From Candidatus Latescibacterota bacterium (GTDB taxonomy: Bacteria > Latescibacterota > UBA2968 > UBA8231): 64,000 nt of DNA. The notes below the pieces were generated by a model. That model made no database searches and was not told the origin of the DNA. It worked only from the letters and a program-made list of their open reading frames with translations. The DNA is taken from positions 64,001 through 128,000 of the forward strand of contig CBDAOB010000005.1 in the NCBI GenBank assembly GCA_965197905.1, given 5' to 3'. This document shows positions 38,542 through 46,894 of the stretch, piece by piece. The translations under genes and the position numbers were made by a program. Each line of letters opens with the position of its first letter. Within the stretch, counting starts at the first letter, position 1.

Positions 38542-40095
38542 ATGGGTAATTTACATATCCAGGTTACCGACAGTGCCGGCCACCTGATACCATGCCGCCT
38601 GCATATCAAACAGACCAACGGCGACTGCTGGATGCCGCCGGATGTCCTCGATCCACGATATACAGATACCGATGCGCCGGCACTATTGCTACCCGGCCAT
38701 TATAATCGATACCTGCATCTCTGCCACGGCGTCGATCTGCAGTCGATGCATCTCAACACGGGTTCGGCGGTTATTCCCGTACCTGCCGGCGTGTTACAGG
38801 TCTTTCTGGCGCGTGGCCATGAGTTTGTTCCTGTCACCGATCAGTTCCAGATCAAGGCGAACGAAACGCTTCACCGGGATTATGTCCTGCGCCGTACGTT
38901 CGACCTGCCGTCACAGGGATGGTACGGGGGGGATATGCATACCCACTTCTCCCGGTGGCAGCCGAGTGACGACCATGTGTGGGCACGGCTTCTGCAAGCC
39001 GAGGATCTCCATGCGGTAAACAATATGGTGTATAAACATGCCGGGATCGTGGAAGCACCACAATACGCCTACGGTGATGCGGGGGAACACCACACGCATC
39101 ATCACGAAGGGCATTATGTGGTTGCCAGCGGCGAAGAATTCCGCGATGACGATCTGTATGGTCATATGATTGCCGCAGGTATACAGGACATCATCGAACC
39201 GATCAGCGTGGGACATAAATTAGGACGACGGGAGAATTATCCGCTGTTCTCATCGGTCTGTGATTGGACCCATGAGCAGGGTGGGATTGCTGGTTGGGCG
39301 CATGGCGGAACCATCATCAAGCTGTTCGAATCTCTACCTGTCGAAGCCGCACTGGGCAAGCTGGATTTCGTCGAGAACATCCAGTTCAATATGTTTTACG
39401 GCTGTATGTTCTGGTACCGGCTGCTCAACTGCGGCATCCGTCTGACCTGCACTGGCGGGAGCGATTTTCCATTTGCCGCGAATCTGCTTGCGCCATGGTA
39501 TCCGAATCTGGGCCTGGATCGGACATACGTCTATCTGGAAGATACATTCAGCTACACGCACTGGATCGAAGGAATCCGCCGCGGACAGACCTTCGCCACC
39601 AACGGTCCGTTGCTCTTTCTAACCGTGGGCGGAAAACTGCCGGGGTCCGAATGTCATATAGCAGCGTCGCAAGACCGGGTAGCAGTAGAAGGCCGTGTTG
39701 TGTGCAACTACGGGCTGGATGCACTGGAGATCGTACAGAATGGCGCAGTGGTCAAACGCATCGAAGGTACGGGAGGACAGACGGAGATTGCCTGGGCTGA
39801 CACGCTGCGGTTGGACGGCAGCGCCTGGGTGGCCGCTCGGGCGCGTGGCCGCGTTGAGTCTGAGAGATATGGTGGTCTGGCGCCCTGGAACTTGCACGCC
39901 CACACCAGTCCGGTGTACGTCCTGCGGGACAACGCTCCGATTCGTGTAGTATCAGATCTGACGGGTATGGCGGATTACGTCAGGATGGTGATGGAGGTCT
40001 ACAGGCGACAGGGGCAGTTTACGTCTGACTCACAACAGCATGAATTGATGGCCAATTGCAAACAAGCTCTGGCATTTTATGAGCGTGCGTTGTAA
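38542..40095 (+). CDS. CehA/McbA-family PHP-like metallohydrolase
   Basis: GWYGGDMHTH, GEEFR, WAHG, WYRLLNCG, GGSD, RTYV, TFATNGP, AHTSPVYV. Confidence 0.85.
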   Translation: MGNLHIQVTDSAGHLIPCRLHIKQTNGDCWMPPDVLDPRYTDTDAPALLLPGHYNRYLHLCHGVDLQSMHLNTGSAVIPVPAGVLQVFLARGHEFVPVTDQFQIKANETLHRDYVLRRTFDLPSQGWYGGDMHTHFSRWQPSDDHVWARLLQAEDLHAVNNMVYKHAGIVEAPQYAYGDAGEHHTHHHEGHYVVASGEEFRDDDLYGHMIAAGIQDIIEPISVGHKLGRRENYPLFSSVCDWTHEQGGIAGWAHGGTIIKLFESLPVEAALGKLDFVENIQFNMFYGCMFWYRLLNCGIRLTCTGGSDFPFAANLLAPWYPNLGLDRTYVYLEDTFSYTHWIEGIRRGQTFATNGPLLFLTVGGKLPGSECHIAASQDRVAVEGRVVCNYGLDALEIVQNGAVVKRIEGTGGQTEIAWADTLRLDGSAWVAARARGRVESERYGGLAPWNLHAHTSPVYVLRDNAPIRVVSDLTGMADYVRMVMEVYRRQGQFTSDSQQHELMANCKQALAFYERAL

Positions 40096-40216
40096 CAGAG
40101 CCTCGACGATCGTTATGGCCGCCCAAATAGAGAAGCCGCGTTGAACAAAGCATTGGTCTATCCCGTGGAGAATTCACTCTGGCTGACGGAAGAATCCACG
40201 TACAAGAAAGAGGGAT

Positions 40217-41296
40217 ATGATGTCACAAAAAGTGAGATTCGCCCTAGTGGGTGCAGGTTCTATGGGGCGTTCCAATGCGGCCAGGATTCTTGATGACGGT
40301 CGGGGCGAGATCGTCGCTGTTTGCGACGCTAACCGCGAAACGGCCACACAAGCAGCAGCAGATTTCAACGTTTCGGCGATTTTCTCCGACGTCGATGCCC
40401 TTCTTTCCTCAGGAACGAAATTCGAAGCGGCCGTTGTAGCGACCACCAATGCAACGCATGCTCCCATTTCCGTTGCGCTGTTGGAAGCTGGGAAGAATGT
40501 ATATTGCGAAAAGCCGCCTGCATCTGATGTCGGGGGAGCGGAAAACATCGCCACGACAGCCAGAAAGGCTAAAGGGGTGTTCATGTTTGGCTTCAATCAG
40601 CGCTTCGATCCTTGGGCACAGCACGTCAAGAGAAGGGTCGAAAGGGGAGAACTGGGCACTATTTACCACGCACAGACACAGTGGCACAGAAGGCTGTGGA
40701 CATGGACGTTCGGCAACTGGTTCACCGACAGGAAACTCTCGGGAGGTGGACCCCTGATGGACATCGGGATTCATCGACTGGACCAGACGCTCTGGCTAAT
40801 GGACTTTCCCGAGGTCCTGTCCGTCAGCGGCGTGGCCTACGACTACTTGGCAAACGCCGAATCCGAACGGATCAAAAAGGCATGCACGATCGAGGATTTT
40901 ACTGCATGTCTCATCCGATTGGAAGGAGGGGCTTCACTGATCCTACAGTCCAGTTACCTGTCCTACCTGCCGCTGGATGCTCCGGAAATGAGCACGCTGG
41001 TCATGGGAACGGAGTGCGGCTTGCTCGAATGTGGGGGCGTCCTGCGACAGATGTCCAATCAAGGACCGTCGCCGAGCGACACCCTTATGAACCAATTTGA
41101 TGTGCCTCCGGTCACTCCGATGGGCAGTTTCCTTGACTGCGTGTTGAATGGTGACCCTGCGATCTGCACAGCTGAACAGGGTCTGACTGTAATGCAGGTC
41201 ATAGATGCGATCTACCGGTCGGCCGTCAGCGGAAAGGAAGTAGCTCTTTCAGGCCGAGAGTCGGATTCGAACGATTGGGTGGAGCGGACGCGATAA
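40217..41296 (+). CDS. Gfo/Idh/MocA oxidoreductase
   Basis: LVGAGSMG, CEKP, GFNQRF, SGGGPLMDIGIHRLD. Confidence 0.93.
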   Translation: MMSQKVRFALVGAGSMGRSNAARILDDGRGEIVAVCDANRETATQAAADFNVSAIFSDVDALLSSGTKFEAAVVATTNATHAPISVALLEAGKNVYCEKPPASDVGGAENIATTARKAKGVFMFGFNQRFDPWAQHVKRRVERGELGTIYHAQTQWHRRLWTWTFGNWFTDRKLSGGGPLMDIGIHRLDQTLWLMDFPEVLSVSGVAYDYLANAESERIKKACTIEDFTACLIRLEGGASLILQSSYLSYLPLDAPEMSTLVMGTECGLLECGGVLRQMSNQGPSPSDTLMNQFDVPPVTPMGSFLDCVLNGDPAICTAEQGLTVMQVIDAIYRSAVSGKEVALSGRESDSNDWVERTR

Positions 41297-41326
41297 GCCG
41301 CACCGCTCACGCACATGTTTGACATG

Positions 41327-41350
41327 AACCGCTGAGCTCAATCGCTAGAG
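41327..41350 (+). repeat. Eroded attC right arm
   Basis: CCGCTGAGCTCAATC-GCTAGAG; core GTT appears changed to GCT. Confidence 0.4.
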
Positions 41351-41382
41351 AGCCGAACTCCTCAACATGAAAGTGAGCACTC

Positions 41383-41787
41383 ATGAACAAAGGCATCAAA
41401 ATCTTTATAGGACTACTGTCAATACCCCTGTTTGTCTTGGGACTGAAGACGATGTTGGATCCGACGAGCATGATCGAGAAATGGGGTATGGATCCCCTGG
41501 GGCTGACGGGGTTGAATAGCTTGCGCAGCATGTTTCCGGGCATACTCGTAGGCAGTGGGTTGATGATGCAAATGGGCATCTGGAAGAAAAACACCACCTG
41601 GTTCCTAGCAGCTGCCCTCTTGATGGGTGTTGTGGCGTTCGGCAGGATACTGAGCTTTGCAATTGATGGCTTTGACCCTGCGTCCGTACCACCCACCGTG
41701 GTCGAATTGTTGGCTCTGGCCGTCTTGGTGTTCGCAGATAAGAAACTTGGCGGACAAAACGTCAGCCAATCAAGAATTACTGAGTAA
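41383..41787 (+). CDS. Small membrane protein (DUF4345-like)
   Basis: Four TM segments; GLNSLRS and GRILSFAIDG motifs. Confidence 0.65.
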   Translation: MNKGIKIFIGLLSIPLFVLGLKTMLDPTSMIEKWGMDPLGLTGLNSLRSMFPGILVGSGLMMQMGIWKKNTTWFLAAALLMGVVAFGRILSFAIDGFDPASVPPTVVELLALAVLVFADKKLGGQNVSQSRITE

Positions 41788-41891
41788 ATGGTCGAGCCGC
41801 GAAGCGAAGCAAGCGCTGGACCCGACCTGCATGCGGGGCGATGGAGGGAATGGCGGGCAGACAATGGCACTGAACTTCTGGAGGCAGAGGC

Positions 41892-42560
41892 ATGACGACG
41901 AATACGCAATCTGTGGTCTTCGATTACCGCACGCTGCGCTTGATGATCGGGATCTTTGCCTTCTCGCTTCCCTTCGTAGTGTGGTGGGTCGCGCAGGAGC
42001 CGCTGCCTTCGGTCAGCGCATCCTATCACACCAACGCCAGGGACCTGTTCGTTGGGATCCTCTTCGTCGTCGCCGCGTTCCTGGCGGCCTACAACGGACA
42101 CACGAACTGGCAGTTCTGGACGAGTAAGGTCGCCGCCCTCGCGGCGGCGGGGGTTGCCTTGTTCCCAACCTCCAGCGCCTGCAAGGGCACACCGGAGTCG
42201 ACGGTTCACTTCATTGCGGCGGCACTGCTGTTCGGCATCCTGGCCTATTTCTGCCTGGTGCCCTTCTACCGCAAGACACGCGCAGGGTCAGTGAAGCAAC
42301 GACGTCGGGCCGTTGTCTACTTGCTCTGCGGGGGGGCCATGGTTTTGTCCATGCTGACAGTCTTCATCGCCGACAAGGCTTTATCCTGTGAGACGATGCG
42401 TGCCCTAAGAATCACCTTCTGGGCCGAGGCGGCGGCGTTATGGTCCTTCGGCATCGCCTGGTTCGTCGCCGGTAAGGCGTTCAGGGTCATCGCCGATCAG
42501 GAGGAACAGCTGACCTTCATAGCGACAGCCGCGAGTAATACCACTACCACTCGCTCGTAG
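41892..42560 (+). CDS. Multi-TM membrane protein (DUF998-like)
   Basis: YRTLRLMIG, SVSASYHT..RDLFVG, VALFPT, FGIAW; RBS GGAGG. Confidence 0.7.
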   Translation: MTTNTQSVVFDYRTLRLMIGIFAFSLPFVVWWVAQEPLPSVSASYHTNARDLFVGILFVVAAFLAAYNGHTNWQFWTSKVAALAAAGVALFPTSSACKGTPESTVHFIAAALLFGILAYFCLVPFYRKTRAGSVKQRRRAVVYLLCGGAMVLSMLTVFIADKALSCETMRALRITFWAEAAALWSFGIAWFVAGKAFRVIADQEEQLTFIATAASNTTTTRS

Positions 42561-42653
42561 AGCTTGCTCAGTGCATCGACGCTGCGGGAACTTGATAGCG
42601 GCTGTGACAGTTAGTGCGCTCGCGCGCGGGTCATCCCTGCGTTCGCTGAAAGA

Positions 42654-43430
42654 ATGAGCATGAACATACGACTAGCGCAAATCAGGATTGTCCCAGAGAA
42701 GTGCAATCCTGAGGGTAACCACGAAAAGTTGATGTCTGTTCTGAAGAGCATGGCGAGGGAGACTGTCGACGTAGTAGTCACCCCGGAGTGCTTTCTGGAT
42801 GGCTATGCGGTCACCGAGGCCTCGGTGACCGCCGACAATCTCAGAGAATATGCTATCGATCCTTTGAACAACCCCTACGTAGATAGTTTGTCGAGCTGGG
42901 CACGCGCTAACACAGCCTGGGTTGTTTTGGGATGCAGCAGGTTGTCCGCGGAAGGAGTCTACAACACGGCCGTACTCCTTGGTCGTGATGGCAAGCTGGT
43001 TGGCGCCTATGACAAGACCCACTGTCAGGGGCACGACAGAAAATTTGTTCCTGGACAAGAAATTTCCGTCTTCGATTCTGACTTTGGTCCCTTCGGCGTC
43101 CTGATTTGCGCCGATCGGAGGTGGCCCGAGACGGTTCGCTCACTTGCACTGAATGGCGCCAGAGTCATCTTCAACCCAACCGCCGGCATGCACGATGAGA
43201 AGAATTTGCGAATGATGCAGACCCGGTCCTATGAGAGCGAGATTTTCATTGCCTTCACCCATCCTCTGCAGTCCTTGCTCACCGATCCGACCGGGAAAAT
43301 CATCTGCAACGATGCCCACGGCAACGCTAGTTTTTCCCTTTCCGAGATCGACCTGTCGCAGGTTGATGAGGTGAGAGCACGAGATTCGGCTCACTTGAAG
43401 GATAGGAGACCGGAGCTGTATTCTGGTTGA
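42654..43430 (+). CDS. Carbon-nitrogen hydrolase (nitrilase superfamily)
   Basis: TPECFLDGY, YDKTH, LICADRRWPE giving the E-K-C triad. Confidence 0.92.
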   Translation: MSMNIRLAQIRIVPEKCNPEGNHEKLMSVLKSMARETVDVVVTPECFLDGYAVTEASVTADNLREYAIDPLNNPYVDSLSSWARANTAWVVLGCSRLSAEGVYNTAVLLGRDGKLVGAYDKTHCQGHDRKFVPGQEISVFDSDFGPFGVLICADRRWPETVRSLALNGARVIFNPTAGMHDEKNLRMMQTRSYESEIFIAFTHPLQSLLTDPTGKIICNDAHGNASFSLSEIDLSQVDEVRARDSAHLKDRRPELYSG

Positions 43431-43447
43431 CAGTGCGGAGAAGCATG

Positions 43448-43529
43448 TGCAAACAATGGGCTGAACAGCGGCTTGGTATTCCCCGCGACTGCGCGCTCCA
43501 TGCCAAACGCGTCAGCCCGAGCGCTAGCC
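43448..43529 (+). repeat. Degenerate attC site
   Basis: TGCAAAC-aat-GGGCTGA ... TCAGCCC-gagc-GCTAGCC; paired L boxes, R' GTT changed to GCT. Confidence 0.55.
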
Positions 43530-43544
43530 GGTCGGGAGGAAGCC

Positions 43545-44495
43545 GTGAAAACAAAGGTGCCAGCGATAATCGATACCGACATCGGCGGGGACATTGATGA
43601 CGTTCTCGCCCTGGCTTTCGCGCTCAACAGTCCGGAAGTGGATCTGCGTGCGGTAACGACGGTCAACACGGATCCCGCCATGCGTGCGCGTATCGCCGCA
43701 AAGATGCTTCGTACGTTCGGTCGCGAGGATGTCACGGTCGTTCCCGGCGAAAAGCTCCAGTTCGACGGGTCGCCGACATTCTGCAAAGACATCAACCAAG
43801 CCGTTCTCGTCTCTGTTGAAGACTCCGTACCGACGTCTGACCTTACAGCGACCGAAGTGATTGTTGAAACTGTGCGAAACTGCAGCGAGGCTCTCACCAT
43901 CATCGGGATCGGGTGTTGGACCAACATCGCACGCGCTTTCGAGAAGGCGCCGAACTTGTCGGATGCCGTTGGACGGCTCGTGCTCATGGGCGGCAAGATT
44001 TCTCCGCCGGGGCCGGAATCCAATGTTCTCTGCGATCCGGCCGCTGCTGCTTTCGTCCTGGATCTGCCGGTCCCGAAGCTGTTGGTCCCGCTGGACGTAA
44101 CGGCGCAGTGCCGTTACGCTGCGGGGCGACATGAGGATCTCGTCACAACCGGGGGCGAGCAGACCAAGCTCGTCTGGGATTTGATGCGGGCGTGGCAGAT
44201 CGGGCGGCTCGGCGGCAATACCCGGGCTGAGCCGGTCCTGCACGATCCTTTGGCTGTTGCCGTTGCCTTTGATCCATCTCTCATCCGACAACTGGAACCG
44301 ATGCGAGTCACCGTGTCGCACGGGAACAACGATCCACCGTCCACGATACCGGTACCGGGTCTCCCGAACGCAGAGGTCGTGCGAGACGTGGACCGGACGA
44401 GATTCGAGGACCTGTTCGCGAAGCGCATTCTGTCACGCGACCATGAGAGTCTGCAAACGACGCTATTCAGCCGACGAGGAGGACCGCGAGGCTGA
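43545..44495 (+). CDS. Nucleoside hydrolase
   Basis: IDTDIGGDIDD, ESNVLCDP, VPLDVT, LHDPLAV; RBS GGAGGA. Confidence 0.92.
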   Translation: MKTKVPAIIDTDIGGDIDDVLALAFALNSPEVDLRAVTTVNTDPAMRARIAAKMLRTFGREDVTVVPGEKLQFDGSPTFCKDINQAVLVSVEDSVPTSDLTATEVIVETVRNCSEALTIIGIGCWTNIARAFEKAPNLSDAVGRLVLMGGKISPPGPESNVLCDPAAAAFVLDLPVPKLLVPLDVTAQCRYAAGRHEDLVTTGGEQTKLVWDLMRAWQIGRLGGNTRAEPVLHDPLAVAVAFDPSLIRQLEPMRVTVSHGNNDPPSTIPVPGLPNAEVVRDVDRTRFEDLFAKRILSRDHESLQTTLFSRRGGPRG

Positions 44496-44509
44496 TGGCC
44501 ACGTTAGGA
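44452..44509 (+). repeat. attC site (best preserved, 58 bp)
   Basis: TGCAAAC-gac-GCTATTCAGCC ... GGCTGATGGC-cac-GTTAGGA; arms pair with one extrahelical base. Confidence 0.65.
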
Positions 44510-44521
44510 GGCGATGAATCG

Positions 44522-44665
44522 GTGAGCGCGAAGACGAATCCAATTCCTCAATCTATTCTCATCGGCAAGGGCGGTGGATTGCGCTTGCGACACGTGGGCC
44601 GTGACGGAGCAGAGGACTTGGTGGTTGCCCTGTCAAATCACATCGACGAACGGTTGGCGGAATGA
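44522..44665 (+). pseudogene. C-terminal fragment of a TlpA/redoxin-like gene
   Basis: IPQSILIGKGGGLRLRHVG...HIDERLAE* resembles the cis-Pro end of a thioredoxin fold; no CxxC half present. Confidence 0.4.
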
Positions 44666-44777
44666 CGTCGGCCAAGTGGCTCTGGCAACTACACTCGAGT
44701 CAGCGGAAGTATCGACATGCCCGATCGCCTGCCTTAGTGGGTCGGCGTCCGCTTAGCCACTCGGGTCCCTAAGCAAA

Positions 44778-45509
44778 ATGCCTACACCGCTAGACGACAA
44801 GTCGACGGTCAATGAGATCCGCGAAAGGTTTGACCACGATATCGATCGGTTTTCCCAGATTAGTACCGGTCAATCTGCGACGATAGACGCTCGGCTCGCT
44901 ATGGATCTAATCACCAAAGCCGCGGTTGCCTGCACGTCCCCAATCAAACGAGTACTGGACATTGGATGCGGTGCTGGTAACAACTCGCTCAGGCTACGGC
45001 AGGTACTTGGCGAGGACTTCGTCGCCGATCTCTTGGATCTCAGTCAGCCTATGTTGGACCGCGCGGTGGTGCGCCTGTCCGCAATCAATAATCGAGAAGT
45101 CAATGGGTTGCAAGGGGATTTTCGCCACCTTGAACTTCAAGCAGAATCATATGATGTGATCATTGCGGCCGCGGTGCTTCATCATTTTCGCGACGACGCC
45201 GACTGGTTAGAGGTTTTCGAAAAGATATTCTCGCTTCTGGCGGCAGGCGGTAGCGTCTGGATTACCGACTTGGTAGCCCATGAAACGCGTACTATAGATG
45301 AAATCATGTGGGCGCGGTACGGAGAATACTTGGTATCGCTTGAAAGTGAACATTATCGTGACAAAGTACTCGCATACATCGACAAAGAGGATTCTCCACG
45401 CCCGGTTACCTACCAACTTGAACTGTTGCGCAGTGTGGGTTTTGCCCACATCGAGCTACTTCATAAGAATTCGTGTTTTGCCGCGTTCGGTGCCGTAAAG
45501 AGCGCATGA
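44778..45509 (+). CDS. Class I SAM-dependent methyltransferase
   Basis: VLDIGCGAGN, DLSQPML, YDVIIAAAVLHH. Confidence 0.92.
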   Translation: MPTPLDDKSTVNEIRERFDHDIDRFSQISTGQSATIDARLAMDLITKAAVACTSPIKRVLDIGCGAGNNSLRLRQVLGEDFVADLLDLSQPMLDRAVVRLSAINNREVNGLQGDFRHLELQAESYDVIIAAAVLHHFRDDADWLEVFEKIFSLLAAGGSVWITDLVAHETRTIDEIMWARYGEYLVSLESEHYRDKVLAYIDKEDSPRPVTYQLELLRSVGFAHIELLHKNSCFAAFGAVKSA

Positions 45510-45547
45510 CCATCGTTCCAGTCGACGCGCGGTGAGACAGGTTATAT
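45504..45547 (+). repeat. Internally shortened, degenerate attC
   Basis: GCATGAC overlapping the stop codon ... CCAGTCGACG ... GTTATAT. Confidence 0.4.
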
Positions 45548-45619
45548 GGTGCTACCAGCATTGCCAGAACAACCCCGCCGGCAGTTCTTTGGAACCACAC
45601 CATCAACAAGGAGAGAGAA

Positions 45620-45907
45620 GTGAAAAAGTTTATGTATCTGCATTTCGGATTCGAGGAGCCCACCCCGGAAATCATGGAATCTTGGATGGCCTGGTTTGAA
45701 TCGATCTCCGACAAGCAGGTCGACCAGGGTGGGTTCAGTAATGGTCGAGAAATATCGAAAAGTGGAACCAGGGACCTACCATGGGATACGGAATCAATTA
45801 CCGGTTACAACATCATCGAAGCGGAGAGTCTCGAAGCTGCAGAGAAACTTGCTCAGAGCAATCCGTTTATCGCGAGCATTCGCATCTATGAATTGAGGTC
45901 GATGTAG
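45620..45907 (+). CDS. YciI-related protein
   Basis: MESWMAWF, ITGYNIIEAESLEAAEKLA, IRIYE; RBS AAGGAGA. Confidence 0.8.
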   Translation: MKKFMYLHFGFEEPTPEIMESWMAWFESISDKQVDQGGFSNGREISKSGTRDLPWDTESITGYNIIEAESLEAAEKLAQSNPFIASIRIYELRSM

Positions 45908-45970
45908 ACCGGATCGAGTCGGGTTGGAGACGCATTCAACCTGCGACAATATCAAGCATTGGAGGCGAAA

Positions 45971-46381
45971 ATGACGAGCGAAATAGTCTATGAGGACAAG
46001 TGGGGGGAGATTATCGACCGGCCATCTTCGAAGTTGGTGGAAATCCGTTGGTATGACACTACAGCAGAAATGTCCGGTGACGAGTTTAACCATTGGCTGA
46101 GTACCTATGCGGGCTGTGTCGAGGTGAGGAAACGACCCGGATGTCTCGTAGACTCTGTTCAGTTTAAGATGCCCATGGACCGAATGAATTCAGGTTGGCG
46201 CGACGAGAATATCATTCCAAGGTACAACGCTGCGGGAGTTGCGAAATTCGCCTTTATCATGCCAGCCGGCATGCCGCTTATCGGTGCCGAACCGGCGCGA
46301 GAGGGTCCGGGGGACTTTCCGACGGGATATTTTGGTGAGCGCTCAACAGCTGTTCGTTGGATCGAAGCGGGTGCCACCTAG
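45971..46381 (+). CDS. Hypothetical protein (STAS/SpoIIAA-like)
   Basis: RBS GGAGG; IRW..M..F; WRDENIIPRYNAAGV.KFAF. Confidence 0.6.
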   Translation: MTSEIVYEDKWGEIIDRPSSKLVEIRWYDTTAEMSGDEFNHWLSTYAGCVEVRKRPGCLVDSVQFKMPMDRMNSGWRDENIIPRYNAAGVAKFAFIMPAGMPLIGAEPAREGPGDFPTGYFGERSTAVRWIEAGAT

Positions 46382-46480
46382 CAGAACTGCCGCGGACATT
46401 GGCACGGGAAAGACAGCCATTAGGCTGGCTGCGCCTCGGATAGGGCGCTGCGCCAGACGGTTTTGCGAAAGGAACCTGCA

Positions 46481-46624
46481 ATGGATCGCGGAGATGCCGA
46501 TTCGATTTGGTTTGTGATTGAACCACCGAATCCACCAAATCAGGGTATCATGTTTGTGAATCATGCCAAGGCCGGGCGCAGCGGCCACTTGGGCCATGCG
46601 CTAGTCGAATACTCACTGGGGTGA
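46481..46624 (+). pseudogene. Truncated N-terminal gene fragment (possibly sialidase/BNR-type)
   Basis: RBS AAAGGA + ATG; PNQGIMFVNH..RSGHLGHALVEY then a stop; family assignment from recall only. Confidence 0.3.
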
Positions 46625-46894
46625 ATTGGGACGCCGGTCGTTACCTTCGTATGGCAGAAGCCGGCTGGGGCGGCTACTCCAACAACCTGCTTGTCAGCGG
46701 CGCGTACGCAGGCGCGCCTGAACGGTTGCTCATTCAGGCATCTCATGCCTACCAGCAAGATATGACCAATGTGTTGCACTGGTGGTTGAGGTAGCGAGAC
46801 TAGATGACTGAGGCGACGACGCCTTCCAGGAAGCGGCTTGGGCTGGTGCTGTGGCTGGCTGGATTTGCCGCAGAACCGTTGGTGTCTTAGTCAC

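Noticed and set aside
41307..42209. 300-aa minus-strand ORF
   Set aside because: Spans two credible plus-strand membrane protein genes and their spacer
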